Positions 60,661 to 64,000 of a stretch of DNA of 64,000 nucleotides are shown in pieces. A program made the translations under genes and the position numbers. Source of the DNA: an uncultured Planctomycetota bacterium (GTDB lineage: Bacteria > Planctomycetota > PLA2 > JAEUHO01); contig CAVVXN010000001.1 in the NCBI GenBank assembly GCA_963752285.1, positions 288,001 through 352,000 of the forward strand, written 5' to 3'. The notes beneath the pieces are model-generated. The model was given only the letters and a program-made list of their open reading frames with translations. It had not been told where the DNA came from and made no database searches. The stretch's first letter is position 1; every line of letters starts with the position of its first letter.

Positions 60661-62976
60661 ATGGGGCCGGCCGCCACCCGCGCGTTCTCGCTCGCCCTCC
60701 TCGTCGCGACCCTCGGGGCGGGCCGCGCGTGGCGGTCCGCGTCCGCCGCCGACGAGACCCCGTTCCTGCTCCGCCTCGCCAACGAGGACGATCCCGGCCA
60801 CGACGACGCGCTCGCGACGTGGGACGGTCTCGACCTGGGGGAGAAGGTCGCGCGTCTTCGCGCGGGGCTCTCCGACGACCCCGCGGTCGCGAAGGTGGCC
60901 GCCGCGGCGATCGGGGCCGAGTACCTCTCGCTCGCCGAGATCCACTACCAGATGTCCCTCCTCGGGGGGAACGTCGAGGCGGCGGTGGGTCGCGCGACGT
61001 ACGCGTGGGGCCTCACGGGCGTGGCGCCGGCGGGGATCCCCGACGTCGTCCCGCTCTGGGAGGCGGTCCTCCAGCGGGCGGACCCGCCCTCCTCGGAGGT
61101 GCTCGACGACCTCCACCGGGTCACCGTGCCCGCGCACCTGCCCGGGCTCGTGCCGCTCCTCGAGCGCGCGAAGGGGAACGTCCTCTGGAGCCTCGACTGG
61201 GTCGTGGACCTCGTGGCCGACTTCGACCGTTCGGACACGTACGTGGACGCGGCCCGCCAGGGCGTTCTCCTCGGGTTCCGACGCCTGAAGGCCTGGCGCG
61301 TTGCGGACGCGCCGGCGCGTCCCGTGTCGGTGTCGTCGCGGGACTGGTCGGGCGAGGGCCTGCCGACGGGGTTCCTCGAGCTCGCGCGCGCCGCGTTCGG
61401 GCTCGACCCCCGCCCGGACGCCGGCGGGGCGCCGGACGGCGCGACCGCGTGGCGTCCGCCCGTCCCCTGGCTCCTCCGGCAGGCGCGGGCGCTCGAGCCG
61501 GCGGCGAAGGACGTTCCCTTCCTGACGGACCTGCTCTGGTCGGAGGACGCGTGGCTCCCCGTGCGCCTCTGGGCGATGCGCGGGCTGGCGAGGGTCGCCC
61601 CCGAGACCGCCGCCGCGGAGCTCGTGAAGGTCGTCGAGGCGAACGGCGACGCCCTGCCGCTCGCCGCGTCCGTCCTCGCGGGCCTCGGCCGGACCGAGGC
61701 GTGGGACGCGCTCGCGACGGCCGACGAGCCGAGCGAGGCCGTGCGGATCCTCGACTGGGCGGTCGATCCGATCGCCGCGCGCGAGCGCTGGCTCGCCCGG
61801 TTCCGGGCCGAGGAGCCCATATTCCTGCTCGACGGCGACCGTCCCCTGGCCCTCGACCGGCGCGCTCGGAGTCGCTACGAGGCCGAGTGGGGCGTCCGGA
61901 TCCCCGACGAGCACGTGGCGTGGATCGCGGACCGGCTCCGCGGAGCCGAGGTCCACCCGCTCGCCGCCGCGGTGTTCGAGGCACGGGCCCTCCCGGAGCG
62001 CGTCACGCCGGAGCGCGCCGCGGAGATCGCGGACCGCCTCGCGTCCATGGCGGCCTTCGGCGACGCGTCGTGGTTCTCGACCCGGGGCGTCGAGCGCGTG
62101 CTCCCGGCGCTCGAGGTCGCGAACCCGGACGCGCTCCGAGGGCTCCTCGCCGCGTGGGCCAAACGCCTCTCGGGCGGGGACCTCGGGGAGGTCCGGCGCC
62201 TCCAGGCGACGCTTTGCGACGCCTCGGACGTGCCGGCGCTCCTCGCCGCCGCCTCCGGCTGGGACGCGCAGCTCTGGGCGCTCGGCTTCGTCCACGACGA
62301 GCGCGTCGTCGCGTTCCTCGACGCGCGTCTCGACGACGCCAACCCGGAGACGGCCTTCGGCGCCTTCCAGGCGCTGTGCGTTGCACGGGGCGTGGCCCCC
62401 CCGGTGGTCGAGTCCGTCTCGTCACCCGCCGGTGGCACGGACGGCGCGGCGTGGGGCGACGCGGTCGCCTCGCTCCGGCGGGGCGACGCCACCGGCGCGC
62501 TCCTCGCGCTCCGGCCCGACTCCCCGCTCGTGGGGCGGATCCGCGACCCGCGCGTCGTCTCCTACCTCCAGCGGCTCCGCGACGCCGGCGACCGGACGGG
62601 CTACTGGCCGGCGACGGCCGGCCTCGCGCTCGAAGGCGACCCCGACGCGCGGGCGGAGCTCCTCGGGGTCGTCCGCGAGGGGCGGATGGCGTTCTTCGAC
62701 TCGCTGCTCCAGAGCCCCGAGGGCGCGGTCCCGACGCTCGACGGCGACCCGGAGTTCCTCGCCGCGTGGGCCGAGCGGGTCGAGTCGAGCTGCTGCCTCG
62801 GCTGGGCCGCGGAGGAGGTCGCGCTCCGCGCCCGCTTCCCGACGATCCCGATCGCCGCGGGCATCGACGGCGACTCGACGACGGCGGAGGCGAAGGCGTG
62901 GCTCGACCGGAGCCGCGGGCACTTCGCCTACAGCCGGATCCTCCACGGCTGGCTCCCCGTTCCCTCCGACGACTGA
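60661..62976 (+). CDS. Secreted alpha-helical (HEAT-like) hypothetical protein
   Basis: Signal peptide; Ala/Leu/Trp-rich helical repeats; consistent coding bias. Confidence 0.7.
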   Translation: MGPAATRAFSLALLVATLGAGRAWRSASAADETPFLLRLANEDDPGHDDALATWDGLDLGEKVARLRAGLSDDPAVAKVAAAAIGAEYLSLAEIHYQMSLLGGNVEAAVGRATYAWGLTGVAPAGIPDVVPLWEAVLQRADPPSSEVLDDLHRVTVPAHLPGLVPLLERAKGNVLWSLDWVVDLVADFDRSDTYVDAARQGVLLGFRRLKAWRVADAPARPVSVSSRDWSGEGLPTGFLELARAAFGLDPRPDAGGAPDGATAWRPPVPWLLRQARALEPAAKDVPFLTDLLWSEDAWLPVRLWAMRGLARVAPETAAAELVKVVEANGDALPLAASVLAGLGRTEAWDALATADEPSEAVRILDWAVDPIAARERWLARFRAEEPIFLLDGDRPLALDRRARSRYEAEWGVRIPDEHVAWIADRLRGAEVHPLAAAVFEARALPERVTPERAAEIADRLASMAAFGDASWFSTRGVERVLPALEVANPDALRGLLAAWAKRLSGGDLGEVRRLQATLCDASDVPALLAAASGWDAQLWALGFVHDERVVAFLDARLDDANPETAFGAFQALCVARGVAPPVVESVSSPAGGTDGAAWGDAVASLRRGDATGALLALRPDSPLVGRIRDPRVVSYLQRLRDAGDRTGYWPATAGLALEGDPDARAELLGVVREGRMAFFDSLLQSPEGAVPTLDGDPEFLAAWAERVESSCCLGWAAEEVALRARFPTIPIAAGIDGDSTTAEAKAWLDRSRGHFAYSRILHGWLPVPSDD

Positions 62977-63083
62977 CGCGACGCCGGGGTGGGTCCCCAC
63001 GCCGGACGACGAATGGGCGCGCAGGCAAGCGGCTCTCTTCGCCGGCGACGTGTGGATCGTCGCCCGGGTTGCGCACCCGAGGC

Positions 63084-63805
63084 CTACGCACTCGTCCTGG
63101 TGCGCGCTGCGGCAGGGTGCACACGGCTCGGATCCGGTCCCCGGGCTGCACCCCGAGCGTCGGTCGCGCGGCACGAGGCGTCGCGAACGTCCGGCTCGCC
63201 CGCGCGCGAGGAGACGTTGCCGCGACACCACGACTTGACGTCTCGCACGAGCCCGACCGTTTCGAGTGCGCGGATCGAGTCAGAACGACGTGCGGGATCC
63301 ACCACGTGGACTCGAGCACGCCGAGCACGCGGCTGTGTTCGATCGGGGGAGGCAGCGCATACCGCGCGGTGTCGCGTGGGAGGAAGCGGGTGTGCAGGTT
63401 CCACGCGAAGTCCCGCACCAGCCCGTGGCGGTACGCGAAATACGCCGGGCAATCGGGCTGGTTCTGCCAGTAGTCGCGCATCCGATGCCGCCGGATCCAC
63501 GACCTCGGGGGCCCGAGACCGGCCAGGAGGTAGAGGACCAGGAGGACCGCGCGAACCGGCGCCGGCGCGACGTAGGTCTCGTGGATCAGGCCCCGGTGGA
63601 GTCCTACGGAGTGGCCGAGGCAGAGCGTCGCGAACGTAAGGACGGCGAGCGTGGTCATCAACGAGGGCGAGGGCCCGACTCGGACCGCGACCGCCGCACC
63701 TACGACACCGGCCATCCCGTTCGTCCAGAGCCAGAGGGACTTCAGAGGCGCGAAGCGCACCTCGCCGATCGAGGGGGGAACGGCCGGCGGGCGAGGCGTC
63801 CTCAC
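63084..63805 (-). pseudogene. Acyl-CoA/fatty-acid desaturase with an internal deletion and frameshift
   Basis: GHSVGLHRGLIH and HRMRD motifs; homology ends at WWIPHVVL (about 63280). A terminal IRALETVGLVRDV motif follows in another frame; no HNNHH box. Confidence 0.7.
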
Positions 63806-63999
63806 GTCGTGGCCTCCCCGCGAAGTCCGCGCGTGAGCGTTCGAGCGAGTGACAGGATGCGCCGGCCGACGATCGGGGTCTTGAGGCCCGCCTGGAGGAA
63901 GGGAGCCAGGCGCTCCGCGTCCGCGAGCAGCGTCTCGGTGTCGCGCTGCTCGGGGCTCCGATCCACGACCCAGAAGAGGATCGCCCCCAGGTGGGCCAG
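63802..63999 (-). CDS. TetR family regulator, C-terminal part (truncated by the window edge)
   Basis: My translation LAHLGAILFWVVDRSPEQRDTETLL...GEATT-stop; GTGA overlap with the desaturase. Confidence 0.65.
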   Translation of the reverse strand: MAHLGAILFWVVDRSPEQRDTETLLADAERLAPFLQAGLKTPIVGRRILSLARTLTRGLRGEATT

Positions 64000-64000
64000 G

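Overview
A very GC-rich (roughly 70-75% by eye), gene-dense bacterial chromosomal window. Gene content suggests Planctomycetota or a similar lineage (stand-alone rpsD, VIT/vWA protein, carboxypeptidase-regulatory-repeat protein, DUF1573, many lipoproteins); this taxonomy is an inference. About 54 coding regions are supportable, and most long ORFs in the supplied track are GC-driven shadow ORFs. Main blocks: a dinB-dnaE2 mutagenesis cassette under a sigma70 promoter with a probable LexA box; glpQ-glpD-glpK divergent from cls; DPP-IV peptidase; rpsD; LysR and an SDR epimerase; fabL-like SDR and a PAS-GGDEF; folB-folK; hemH; pntAA-pntAB-pntB; an aldehyde:ferredoxin oxidoreductase (frameshifted in a G7 run) coupled to a formate dehydrogenase alpha subunit; a hybrid histidine kinase; crcB-DUF190; degP; moeA-PBP and a mobA-moaD fusion; a secreted CHAT protease divergent from a DUF928-like lipoprotein; and an internally deleted desaturase behind a TetR. 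No rRNA, tRNA, CRISPR array or transposase was recognised. Most notable: a perfect 26-bp inverted repeat covering the AOR start codon, the AOR-FDH-Pnt plus W/Mo-cofactor module, a zincin-DnaJ-C fusion, the CHAT/DUF928-like pair, a catalytically dead stand-alone LexA-type S24 domain, and a recurrent leaderless-promoter signature. All family calls are by eye from motifs, with no database search.
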